Source: Candidatus Zipacnadia bacterium
Lineage (GTDB): Bacteria; Armatimonadota; Zipacnadia; Zipacnadales; Zipacnadaceae
Length of the DNA stretch: 64,000 bases
Direction: 5' to 3'
Assembly (NCBI GenBank): GCA_029820565.1
Contig: JALGUR010000001.1
Coordinates: 17,218 to 81,217, forward strand
Part shown: piece after piece, positions 56,700 to 64,000 of the stretch
Numbering within the stretch: position 1 is the first letter of the stretch
How the letters are laid out: each line of letters opens with the position of its first letter
Notes under the pieces: model-generated
Seen by the model: the letters and a program-made list of their open reading frames with translations, nothing else
What the model was told of the DNA's origin: nothing
Database searches by the model: none
Program-made: the position numbers and the translations under genes

Positions 56700-56776
56700 C
56701 GCGGGGTGGAGCAGTCAGGTAGCTCGCAAGGCTCATAACCTTGAGGTCGCGGGTTCGAATCCCGCCCCCGCTACCA
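56700..56776 (+). tRNA. tRNA-Met (CAT), initiator-like
   Basis: 77-nt cloverleaf very similar to E. coli tRNA-fMet. C1xU72 mismatch, A11:U24, anticodon loop CTCATAA, encoded CCA. Only two G:C pairs adjoin the anticodon loop. Confidence 0.9.
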
Positions 56777-56944
56777 ATGATACCTAGTCGGCTCACGTCC
56801 AGCGAGTCGGCTTTTCCACTACTGGCGACCGCCTCTTCACTGAACTTTGATGGGTTTTGGGGGCAATAATGACTCTGGGGGTATTTGCAGGCGGGGGAGG
56901 ATTTTGCCGGGTTATGGCGTATCTATCTATCGGGTAGAGTGCAA

Positions 56945-57883
56945 ATGAGTAACGAACCGGACAGTGACATTTCCACAAAGCAGCGTTTCGTGGGCTGTTT
57001 AGTAGGTCTGGCCTTAGGCGACTGCTTGGGGGCCTACTGGGAGGGATACCCCGGCACTGAGTTAGCCGAAGCCTACTATGACGGCCGCTTTGACCCGGCC
57101 AATTTGCGGATGAGCCAGTGGACTGATGATACGGCCATGGCCATGGCAACGGCCCAATCCATAGTGGAGTGCGGAGCAGTAGACGGGGCCGATATGGCCG
57201 CCAAGTATTTGCGTTGGTTTGAGTCCGGGGGGCGGGGTATTGGCCGAGCCACCTATCACTCTATGAAGCGCTTGCAAGCCGGCACGCCCTGGGATGAGGC
57301 GGGGCACCAGGGCAAATATGCCGCGGGCAACGGCGTGGCAATGCGTATCGCTCCCGTAGGATTGTGGCACACTTTTGATCAAGAGGGGCTGCCGGAGGAT
57401 TGTCGGATCTGTGGAGTAATCACCCATCGCAATGAAGAGGCCCTCGCCGCCGCCGTGGCCGTAGCCCGTGCCGTGGCTTGGGCCGCCGCCGGCGAACTTG
57501 ACTTTGATACTTTGGCGGTCAGATTGGTCTCACAACTGCCCCCTACTCGTACCGCCGACAGCATCATAAAGGCCGGTCAACTAATAGAGTCAAAAGTGCC
57601 ACCCCTGCAGGCTCTTCCTCAATTAGGTTTGGGGGGCTCTTCCTTCGAGACGGTCGCCACGGTGCTCTATTGCCTTATGCACTGGCCCAACGAGCCGGTC
57701 AAGGGACTGGTTTCGGCTATAGTCAACGGTGGCGACACTGACACCCGTGCCGCTATTGTCGGTGCCATCTACGGTGCCCACTTTGGCGAGCAAGTCTGGC
57801 CGCAGCGATGGACATCCCAACTACCCGGGGCCGAGGGTATCTATCAACTGGCCATCCAACTCTACGAAGTAACCACCCGGTAA
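56945..57883 (+). CDS. ADP-ribosylglycohydrolase family protein
   Basis: GLALGDCLGAYWEG, WTDDTAMAMA and GGDTDTRAAIVGAIYGA motifs. Start set at ATG 56945, and is uncertain. Confidence 0.85.
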   Translation: MSNEPDSDISTKQRFVGCLVGLALGDCLGAYWEGYPGTELAEAYYDGRFDPANLRMSQWTDDTAMAMATAQSIVECGAVDGADMAAKYLRWFESGGRGIGRATYHSMKRLQAGTPWDEAGHQGKYAAGNGVAMRIAPVGLWHTFDQEGLPEDCRICGVITHRNEEALAAAVAVARAVAWAAAGELDFDTLAVRLVSQLPPTRTADSIIKAGQLIESKVPPLQALPQLGLGGSSFETVATVLYCLMHWPNEPVKGLVSAIVNGGDTDTRAAIVGAIYGAHFGEQVWPQRWTSQLPGAEGIYQLAIQLYEVTTR

Positions 57884-57917
57884 GCAGTCCTCTGGCATTG
57901 GGCAAATTGAAAGTCAA

Positions 57918-58454
57918 TTACGTTAGCCCTAACCGAGTGGCAAAGTCCTCATCTACCGCTACCCGCAGTATCTGGCCAAAGTAGACGCGGTGAAAGTCGC
58001 CCCCCGTATAGAACTCGCTAATGACCTCAGGAGCAAAGTTTTCTGGAACGACATCGGTGTACTGCACTACCTTGCATTCGTACACCAGGCCGCACTCCTC
58101 TATGTAGGGAGACGCCACTGTAGCCGACTCCGCCGCAGTCAGGCCGCGCTCGGCGAACTTGTCGTGGTCACGGCCCGAAACTGTCCCACAAAACTCCACA
58201 TCGTCTGCCATCTGTGGATAAGGGACATTGACCGTGAAGTCGCCGGTAGCATCAATGCACTCATGGGTGTAGCGCGAATGGCGCACCAACACCACGAACA
58301 TAGGCCGACTCCACACGCTACCCACCGTCCCCCAGCCGATAGCCATAGTATTAGGCCGCCCGCCGGCATCCCGCGAGGCCAGTAATACTCCTTTACCTAT
58401 CGCTCGGATAGTCTCCTGAGCATACTGGTCATAGGCTACTTCTATCTTAGCCAT
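57918..58454 (-). CDS. flavin reductase-like FMN-binding protein
   Basis: 178 aa with an AAGGAGG SD. The NTMAIGWGTVG...GDFTVNV pattern is typical of the flavin-reductase-like domain. Confidence 0.6.
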   Translation of the reverse strand: MAKIEVAYDQYAQETIRAIGKGVLLASRDAGGRPNTMAIGWGTVGSVWSRPMFVVLVRHSRYTHECIDATGDFTVNVPYPQMADDVEFCGTVSGRDHDKFAERGLTAAESATVASPYIEECGLVYECKVVQYTDVVPENFAPEVISEFYTGGDFHRVYFGQILRVAVDEDFATRLGLT

Positions 58455-58530
58455 ACGAATCTGCCTCCTTATGCCAGTTGATCAATCACTGGCACGAAAT
58501 AGTTACTACTATCAGGTGTGTTTACACTAC

Positions 58531-58833
58531 TTACCGGGCCTGCTTGTGTTCTATTGTGCCATCGGCGCGCACTAATATCAGTTCCTTTACTTCCGTCTTA
58601 GCCCGACGAAGTCGGTCCGGCTCAAAGGGGTCCGGCTCGTATTCAGTCTCTGATTGGTAGGCAATGACGCCGACCACGGGATTGCGAATCGGTGGTGACA
58701 CTACCTCAGCAGTCGGGGCCTGCTCGCCTTCTTCATCAGCCCAAGCCTGCACTGCCAGCCACGCACCGCTTCCCGCCAGTATCATCATTACCACAACTAA
58801 CAATATTAACAGCCATCTGCTTGCCATATTCAT
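58531..58833 (-). CDS. small membrane-anchored hypothetical protein
   Basis: 100 aa with a strong AAGGAGG SD, one N-terminal TM and an acidic C-terminal part. Confidence 0.6.
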   Translation of the reverse strand: MNMASRWLLILLVVVMMILAGSGAWLAVQAWADEEGEQAPTAEVVSPPIRNPVVGVIAYQSETEYEPDPFEPDRLRRAKTEVKELILVRADGTIEHKQAR

Positions 58834-58960
58834 ACCTCCTTGGTAGTCCTAATAGATTGGGCTTCATTTGCTCGGCCTGTCCCACCCGCTGCCCCCCTGC
58901 GCAGCAAAAACAGAATAAACCTTTATAAGCTCGCTCGTGCCAGCGTTAGGCCACCCTTGT

Positions 58961-59025
58961 CGCGTAGGCGAGGTTCTCCGACCTCGCCCCACGGGCCCGC
59001 GCAGGTTGAGAACCTGCGCTACGCG
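58961..59025. repeat. two-hairpin palindromic repeat element, copy B (inverted relative to copy A)
   Basis: CGCGTAG...CTACGCG encloses GGCGAGGT(T)-CTCC-(G)ACCTCGCC and GCGCAGGTT-GAG-AACCTGCGC. Stems are conserved; loops and spacer differ from copy A. Confidence 0.8.
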
Positions 59026-59189
59026 GTTGCTTTATGTGTGGCCATCAAGGATTCCGCTACTATTTTATCTCATAAAGGGGCGCTTGCCAAGTCGCCGGCC
59101 TCTAAAACGGGCCGCCCAACAAGGAATATGCCAACCACAGCGGGAAAGTAGGTATGCTGTGAGATTATAAAGGAGCCGGAACTACTATA

Positions 59190-59831
59190 TTGAGATTTCT
59201 CCGTATCGGTGCAGTTGCCTTCATAACTGGCCTGTCCGGGGCAATGATGCCCGGGCCACTGCTGGCCTTGGTCATCGGTCAGACCGCAGCCCAGGGCTTT
59301 GCCGCTGTGATAGGCTTGCTGGTCGGCCACGCCCTGTTAGAATTGATTACTGTGGCCCTGATCATAGCCGGCCTCCAGATGGTGTTGCAGCGGCGAGCCG
59401 TCAGAGGCGTCATAGGTCTGGTGGGCGGGGCAGCGCTGGCCTGGATGGGGGTGGATATGATTAGACAGGCCTCAGTAGTAGCGCTGGACTTCGGCAGTTC
59501 CCAGGCTGCCTTTGGCTGGTGGAAATTAGTAATTGCCGGCGCCGCCGTATGTGCCGCCAATCCTTATTTTATCGGCTGGTGGGCCACTATTGGCGCCGGC
59601 GGCCTGGCCCACGTGGCCCCCGAAACTGCCGCCGAATATCTTACCTTCTACCTGGGCCACGAATTGTCCGACTTCGCCTGGTACGCGGTGGTCGGGCTGG
59701 TCATTATTACCAGTCAGCAGCTTCTCCAGCCCTCAGTCTACCGCATCTTGGTGCTGGCCTGCGGGGTGATTATAGTAGCCCTGGCGGGCTGGTTCATCTA
59801 CATCGGATACCGGTTTGTGTTCAGCAAGTAA
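59190..59831 (+). CDS. LysE-family translocator
   Basis: 213 aa with about 6 TM helices. N-terminal GAMMPGPLLALVIGQT resembles the LysE/RhtB PGP motif. TTG start, uncertain. Confidence 0.55.
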   Translation: MRFLRIGAVAFITGLSGAMMPGPLLALVIGQTAAQGFAAVIGLLVGHALLELITVALIIAGLQMVLQRRAVRGVIGLVGGAALAWMGVDMIRQASVVALDFGSSQAAFGWWKLVIAGAAVCAANPYFIGWWATIGAGGLAHVAPETAAEYLTFYLGHELSDFAWYAVVGLVIITSQQLLQPSVYRILVLACGVIIVALAGWFIYIGYRFVFSK

Positions 59832-59874
59832 CCCCCCGTACCGTGGGAGGGGCTTCATAGCCCGGATACTAGTC

Positions 59875-60042
59875 GCGGCAGGGATGCCGCTCCTACAGAA
59901 TGGGGTTTTGTCGCGGAAAGGCTGATGCTACGTAGATACTCTCTACTCTACTGTAGGAGGGGCTCCCTCACCCCGGCCGACGTCGTGACGGCTGGACAGG
60001 CGTCGCGCCTGTCCAGAAACCCGACGGGCGGGACGCCCGTCG
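59875..60042. repeat. cluster of GC-rich short-loop hairpins between convergent genes
   Basis: GCGGCA-GGGA-TGCCGC (59875-59890). CTCCTACAG/CTGTAGGAG long-range pair (59890-59898 with 59951-59959). CTGGACAGGCG-TCG-CGCCTGTCCAG (59992-60016). CGACGGGCG-GGA-CGCCCGTCG (60022-60042). Confidence 0.75.
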
Positions 60043-60245
60043 TACCGAAACGAACGGTGACGAAGGCAGGTAGACTGTTCTATGTTATCCTACCATAATG
60101 CCCAGCAGGGCTACTGGTATTATGCCAGCAGCCCCACCAAAATACAAATTCCCGGCCACGACTTACTCTCCCAGACAGTCACCCGTGCAGTACCATCGGG
60201 GCAGGGATGTCTCTCCCATAATCCCTATGGGGCCAAGCGTGGGAC

Positions 60246-60893
60246 CTATTTCGAATACAAATTGACGATGGTCTCGGGGCCTTTGGAGTTGGGGGTAACC
60301 ACTTGGGCGTGAATTTCGTAGCGAACGCGCGTGTCTTTATCGCCAAAGGCTACCCGGGGAGTGGCGATGCGGAAGTGGAAGTCGCCATTCTCCTTGGCCT
60401 TGTGGCGGATGCCAGGGACGTTCCTGACTACCTCGTTGGTATCGGTACGGTAGACTATCGTCCAGATAACCACCAGGGCTTCGGGGTCAGTATGACCTAT
60501 TACCTCGGTCGCCGGCCCGGCAATATCACCCTCTTGGGGCGAGGTGATGGTCACTGCGCCCTGGGCTGCTATGCCGGTTTGGCCGCTGGCGGCCGCGCCC
60601 ATAGCCGCGCTCAGTTGGCCAGTATCAGAGGCAGTAAAATAGCCGCCGCTGCCGATTTGGGCAACCTGCTGGAGGTATAACTCGGCTTCGGAGCCCGCGG
60701 GTATATCAAAACCCACCGTGCTTATGGTTATCTGCATATTACTATTCTGCACGGCTTGCTGGGCCTCAGTCTTTGCACTTTCTACTGTATCATTAGGATC
60801 ACTGAGCATCCTACGGGCTTCACCGGCAGTGCCGCTCAGCAGCACCGTCACCGTCATCAAACTTATTATCAACGCATAGATAACTTTCATCAC
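60246..60893 (-). CDS. secreted protein with partial VWA-like segment and Ig-like C-terminal domain
   Basis: Signal peptide MMKVIYALIISLMTVTVLLSG. GTGATGA overlap with the upstream gene and a CAGGAGG SD. Confidence 0.6.
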   Translation of the reverse strand: MMKVIYALIISLMTVTVLLSGTAGEARRMLSDPNDTVESAKTEAQQAVQNSNMQITISTVGFDIPAGSEAELYLQQVAQIGSGGYFTASDTGQLSAAMGAAASGQTGIAAQGAVTITSPQEGDIAGPATEVIGHTDPEALVVIWTIVYRTDTNEVVRNVPGIRHKAKENGDFHFRIATPRVAFGDKDTRVRYEIHAQVVTPNSKGPETIVNLYSK

Positions 60894-62608
60894 GGGTTGC
60901 CTCCTGGAGGCTGAGGTAGGGAGCGGGTATTGACGATGGTCTTGAGGCCTGCCATGGCCTCCGGTTGGCTGGTGGAGCCTCGTTCCGGGCAGTTGTCTTG
61001 GCCATCGCAGAGAACAATAAGCCGGCCGGTTTGCCCGTGACCATTCTTACTCAGATAGGACAAAGCCTTATAGGTTGAATAGGTCAGGGGGGTATCGCCG
61101 CCGGTGCCCAAACCATCCACGGCTGCTGCTGCTACACCAGCGCCTTGAGTGAATCCGCATTCCTCCCAGCACTGGCAGCCCCCGAAGCCTAATACCGCCC
61201 ACTCGGTCTTACCATCGTTGGTCTGGGTTATTGATGACTTGACCGCTGCTTTGGCCGAGGCTATCTTACTGCCGCTCATACTGCCACTGCAATCCACCAG
61301 AAAACAGATGGACAGACTAACCGGTCCCGGCGGGGGTTGCTGGCCTGGCGGCTGATCGGCTGGTGGTTGGTCAGTCGGCGGCTGGTCAGCCGGCGGTTGA
61401 TCGGCCGGTGGTTGGTCAGCAGGGGGCTGGTCAGCCGGCGGTTCTTCTGGCTGAGGTAGGGACACGCCGTGGTCCTGAGCCCATTTCTCTAAAGCCTTAG
61501 CAGAGTCATCAGCCCCTTGCTGGTTGAATTCGCTGTACAGATCACCCAGGGCCTGATTAATGCGTCTTTTGAAGGCAGCATCATAGGCATACTTAGCCCG
61601 GAATTCTTGGGGGTGCTCTGCCCACCAACTCAGGTCATAGTCATATTTCTGGTTAACTTTGTAAAAGGCATCGGCGGCGGGTCCCAGTAACAGATTGCGC
61701 AGGCGGCCAAACATATCCTTAATATCGTCAGCGGTTTGCAGGCGCTGCTGGCCACTGTCCCAATGCTCGCTAAGTGCTTTTAGCTCCCAGGGTTCACGGC
61801 GGCGACCAGCCAGCAGGTTCATCTTGAAGATGTCCCCAACCGGCGCTCCACTGTCAATCTTGTACCATTCCTTGCTATCGGAGTCCCAAATGAGCGTGGG
61901 GCCTTGGTCAAAGGCGGGCTCGTAGACCCAGGGGGGCGATCCGGGCACAAAGCGGGTAGTTTGGGCAAAATCCTGCCCGAACTGCTCGACCATCTTGTCA
62001 TACAACTCTTTGGAGGCGCCGGTAGCGTAGTATCCCTGTCCTCCTACCGCGCCCTGGTTACGATTTTGGTCTACGGTCTGCGCCAATCTGTCGGTAGCAT
62101 CAAGAATGCCGGTGGTAATCTTGCCGTAGGCCTCAATAGCCGAACCCAGAATGGGCACCTTGCCCCCGTACTTTTCCATCAGGGTAGCGACCACCTGCAA
62201 TTGCCCGGCCAGCGGACCACCTTGGCGGGCCGCCGCCTTAGCCTTAAGGTCTTTGATCTCGTTGTAGACGTCAAAGGCTGAGACGGCAGGGCCGGCGTAC
62301 TTAGAGAAGGTCTTTAGCGGCCCGGTATAGGTACCCAGACTGTTCTTAGCCTCCTCAATCTTTTCCAATAACTGGCGCTTGGTTGGTGCGTCAATATTCG
62401 TCGCGTTCCTGACAAACTGTTCCGCCTTGTATAGGCCATCGCCAACCTGGTCCAGTTTCTCAGTAGCCTGGTCCACACTTTCCTTTAGTATCTTGAAGTC
62501 CTCACCGGTCTGCTGAATCGCCTCATCCAACGGCTCGGCGCTGGCGGCACAGGTGACCACTAATAACGCCAGCAGACTCATTAGCAGATACTGCATGGTA
62601 TTTCTCAT
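60890..62608 (-). CDS. secreted protein: helical N-domain, PPADQ tandem repeats, C-terminal VWA domain
   Basis: ORF trimmed to ATG 62608 (AGGAGGA SD, then a signal peptide). MIDAS-like VDCSGSMSG, GGDTPL and VLCDGQDN motifs. Confidence 0.65.
   Translation of the reverse strand: MRNTMQYLLMSLLALLVVTCAASAEPLDEAIQQTGEDFKILKESVDQATEKLDQVGDGLYKAEQFVRNATNIDAPTKRQLLEKIEEAKNSLGTYTGPLKTFSKYAGPAVSAFDVYNEIKDLKAKAAARQGGPLAGQLQVVATLMEKYGGKVPILGSAIEAYGKITTGILDATDRLAQTVDQNRNQGAVGGQGYYATGASKELYDKMVEQFGQDFAQTTRFVPGSPPWVYEPAFDQGPTLIWDSDSKEWYKIDSGAPVGDIFKMNLLAGRRREPWELKALSEHWDSGQQRLQTADDIKDMFGRLRNLLLGPAADAFYKVNQKYDYDLSWWAEHPQEFRAKYAYDAAFKRRINQALGDLYSEFNQQGADDSAKALEKWAQDHGVSLPQPEEPPADQPPADQPPADQPPADQPPTDQPPADQPPGQQPPPGPVSLSICFLVDCSGSMSGSKIASAKAAVKSSITQTNDGKTEWAVLGFGGCQCWEECGFTQGAGVAAAAVDGLGTGGDTPLTYSTYKALSYLSKNGHGQTGRLIVLCDGQDNCPERGSTSQPEAMAGLKTIVNTRSLPQPPGGNP
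61352..61441 (-). repeat. six tandem 15-bp coding repeats (PPADQ/PPTDQ)
   Basis: Direct reading: six consecutive CCNCCNGCNGAYCAR units, 90 bp in total, in frame within ORF 60890..62608. Confidence 0.9.
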
Positions 62609-62704
62609 TGGACTTGTCCTCCTGGCCTGACTTACCACCGTATTATTAGGTACAATGTAAATGGAAATTGGCGTACTTGTCAATAGTTTAGGAACCACAT
62701 TGTG

Positions 62705-64000
62705 TTATAAGTGCCGCCGGTGGCGCAAATATGCTTCCTCCATCCCCACCTGCTCCAACAACTCCACGCAAGCCCGGTGTAGCCGCTCGGCCACGGCCTG
62801 GTTTTCGTCAATTACGTTCTTCTGCTGCCCGGGGTCAGAAGGCAAATGGTAAAGTATCGGTTCCTCTGCCATCTCTTCTAACGCCCGCAGGGAGAGGCTG
62901 ATGTTATCCACTGCCTTGGTGTGGTGCGAGACCCGAGGGGCATCCGGGGATCCGCTGTAAATCAGGCTCCATTCCCCGTCGCTGATAGTGGTAGGGATGC
63001 CCGCGTTGGGGTCGTGAGCTAAGGAGGGGCTGGTAATAGCGATGGGCCGGATTTGCTGTATATCGCCCTGCATAATGCTTCTGAGGCCGGTGCCGTGCAT
63101 AGTTCCTGGGTTCTCGGCATCCATCAAGTCTATAATTGTGGGCATAATGTCGGGAGGCTGCACCAGAGCCGCAATTCTCTCTCCTTGAGTCTGTCCGGGT
63201 ACGCGAATCATAAGAGGAATATGGGCTATTTCCTCCCACAGCGGACACCACCCATGCCAATCCTCACTTCGGATGGCCTTACCGATAATGCCGTGTTCGC
63301 CGTGCAAGTAGCCGTGGTCGGCGGTAAAGATAATGGCGGTGTTCTCCGCCAGGCCTAACGTTTCAACTCTCTCTAACAGGTATCCTACCCACGTGTCCAC
63401 CAGGCTGACCTCACCGGCGTACAGGGCGCGGCAGTGCTGCAACTCACGGTCAGTCAGGTAGTCGGTGAAGTAGTACCGGGGATAGATAACCTCCTCGCCT
63501 TCGTAGCCCGGATCATACAAATCTACATACCACTGCGGCGGGTCCCAGGGCTCGTGAGGGTCAAAGGTGTCAACATACAGGAAAAAATCCTGATTGTGAT
63601 TCTCCTCCAACCAGGCGGCGGCCTGACGCATCGTCTGGGCGACAAAGTAGTCCTCTTCGCGGCGCCGGACCGCCACGTTGCGCAAGTACTGTTTCACCGT
63701 GGCATAGGGCTCGCGCAGTTTGTCCGGGGAGCAAGGTAGAGGGGGATCGGCCGGGGCGGTGCGCCACAGGTCGTTCTCCTGGCCGCGAATCAGACTATAG
63801 CCCCCGAAGCCGCGCTGAAAGTGGTATCCGTAGCGAAACGGATGAGGTGTATCGGCAATGAGCATAGTGGTATAGTCTGCTTCATTGAGTACCTCGGCCA
63901 TTACGGTATAATCAGTCGGCAACGGCCCCCAACCAAATTCAATGAAGGTGTAACGGCCCGTCATTATGTCACACCGATTCTCCACCGTGGGAAAGGAAGC
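62705..64000 (-). CDS. sulfatase-fold (alkaline phosphatase superfamily) enzyme, 5' end beyond window
   Basis: FTADHGYLHGEHG and MTGRY motifs. The reading frame stays open upstream of the GTG at 63985 to the window edge (…ASFPTVENRCDIMTGRY), so the gene is truncated by the window. Confidence 0.7.
   Translation of the reverse strand, partial: ASFPTVENRCDIMTGRYTFIEFGWGPLPTDYTVMAEVLNEADYTTMLIADTPHPFRYGYHFQRGFGGYSLIRGQENDLWRTAPADPPLPCSPDKLREPYATVKQYLRNVAVRRREEDYFVAQTMRQAAAWLEENHNQDFFLYVDTFDPHEPWDPPQWYVDLYDPGYEGEEVIYPRYYFTDYLTDRELQHCRALYAGEVSLVDTWVGYLLERVETLGLAENTAIIFTADHGYLHGEHGIIGKAIRSEDWHGWCPLWEEIAHIPLMIRVPGQTQGERIAALVQPPDIMPTIIDLMDAENPGTMHGTGLRSIMQGDIQQIRPIAITSPSLAHDPNAGIPTTISDGEWSLIYSGSPDAPRVSHHTKAVDNISLSLRALEEMAEEPILYHLPSDPGQQKNVIDENQAVAERLHRACVELLEQVGMEEAYLRHRRHL

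Noticed and set aside
59832-60245. Known structured RNA (RNase P, SRP/4.5S, tmRNA, 6S, riboswitch) in the 414-bp intergenic region
   Set aside because: I could not find the conserved cores I know, such as GAGGAAAGTCC for RNase P, the SRP GGAA/AGCA symmetric loop or a tmRNA tag ORF. The region is better explained as hairpin repeats.
61352-61441. Regular 15-bp tandem repeats, considered as a possible CRISPR-like or non-coding array
   Set aside because: The repeats are contiguous without spacers and in frame. They encode a PPADQ proline-rich linker inside a well-supported ORF.
62609-62698. 30-aa N-terminal extension of the VWA protein ORF
   Set aside because: The internal ATG at 62608 is preceded by AGGAGGA and immediately starts a signal peptide. 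The extension has no RBS.
1-64000. Prophage, integrative element, transposon, CRISPR-Cas, toxin-antitoxin or restriction-modification loci
   Set aside because: No integrase, transposase, Cas, RT, methyltransferase or phage structural signatures were seen in any frame. The two tRNAs lack flanking direct repeats or adjacent integrases.

Overview
This is a 64-kb chromosomal segment, moderately GC-rich by eye, from what looks like an uncultured-type diderm heterotroph. The diderm call rests on LptC/LptA-like proteins, two PilT ATPases and a GspG-like pseudopilin; any PVC- or Armatimonadota-like lineage guess is inference only. I call about 50 protein genes and 2 tRNAs: Ala-GGC and an initiator-like Met-CAT. 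I saw no rRNA, CRISPR array, transposase, integrase or phage gene. Recognisable housekeeping genes are recO, polX, acyP, nadD, rsfS, recG, rsmD, coaD, ackA, apgM and uvrA. The rest is mainly glycan metabolism and envelope functions. These include a DUF2961/GH172-like protein, three Gfo/Idh/MocA oxidoreductases, three CBM-bearing hydrolase-like exoproteins, an esterase, a sulfatase-fold enzyme cut by the window edge, a GT4-GT4 / O-antigen-ligase-like / GT2 cluster and an LCP protein. The items most worth a second look are: (1) an orphan 1,342-aa P-loop NTPase with BrxC/PglY-like layout and a C-terminal zinc ribbon but no partner genes; (2) a co-directional pilT-pilT run that continues into a polytopic membrane protein with an 8-Cys cytoplasmic module, acylphosphatase and a REC-GAF regulator; (3) a glycan locus built around a 664-aa polytopic membrane protein of unknown family plus paralogous uncharacterised hydrolase-like modules; (4) a family of GC-rich hairpin repeats, including a two-hairpin element present twice and a palindrome sitting in-frame in the linker of a fused double glycosyltransferase; (5) a secreted helical/PPADQ-repeat/VWA protein pair. 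All family names come from motif recognition by eye and memory; no database search was possible.
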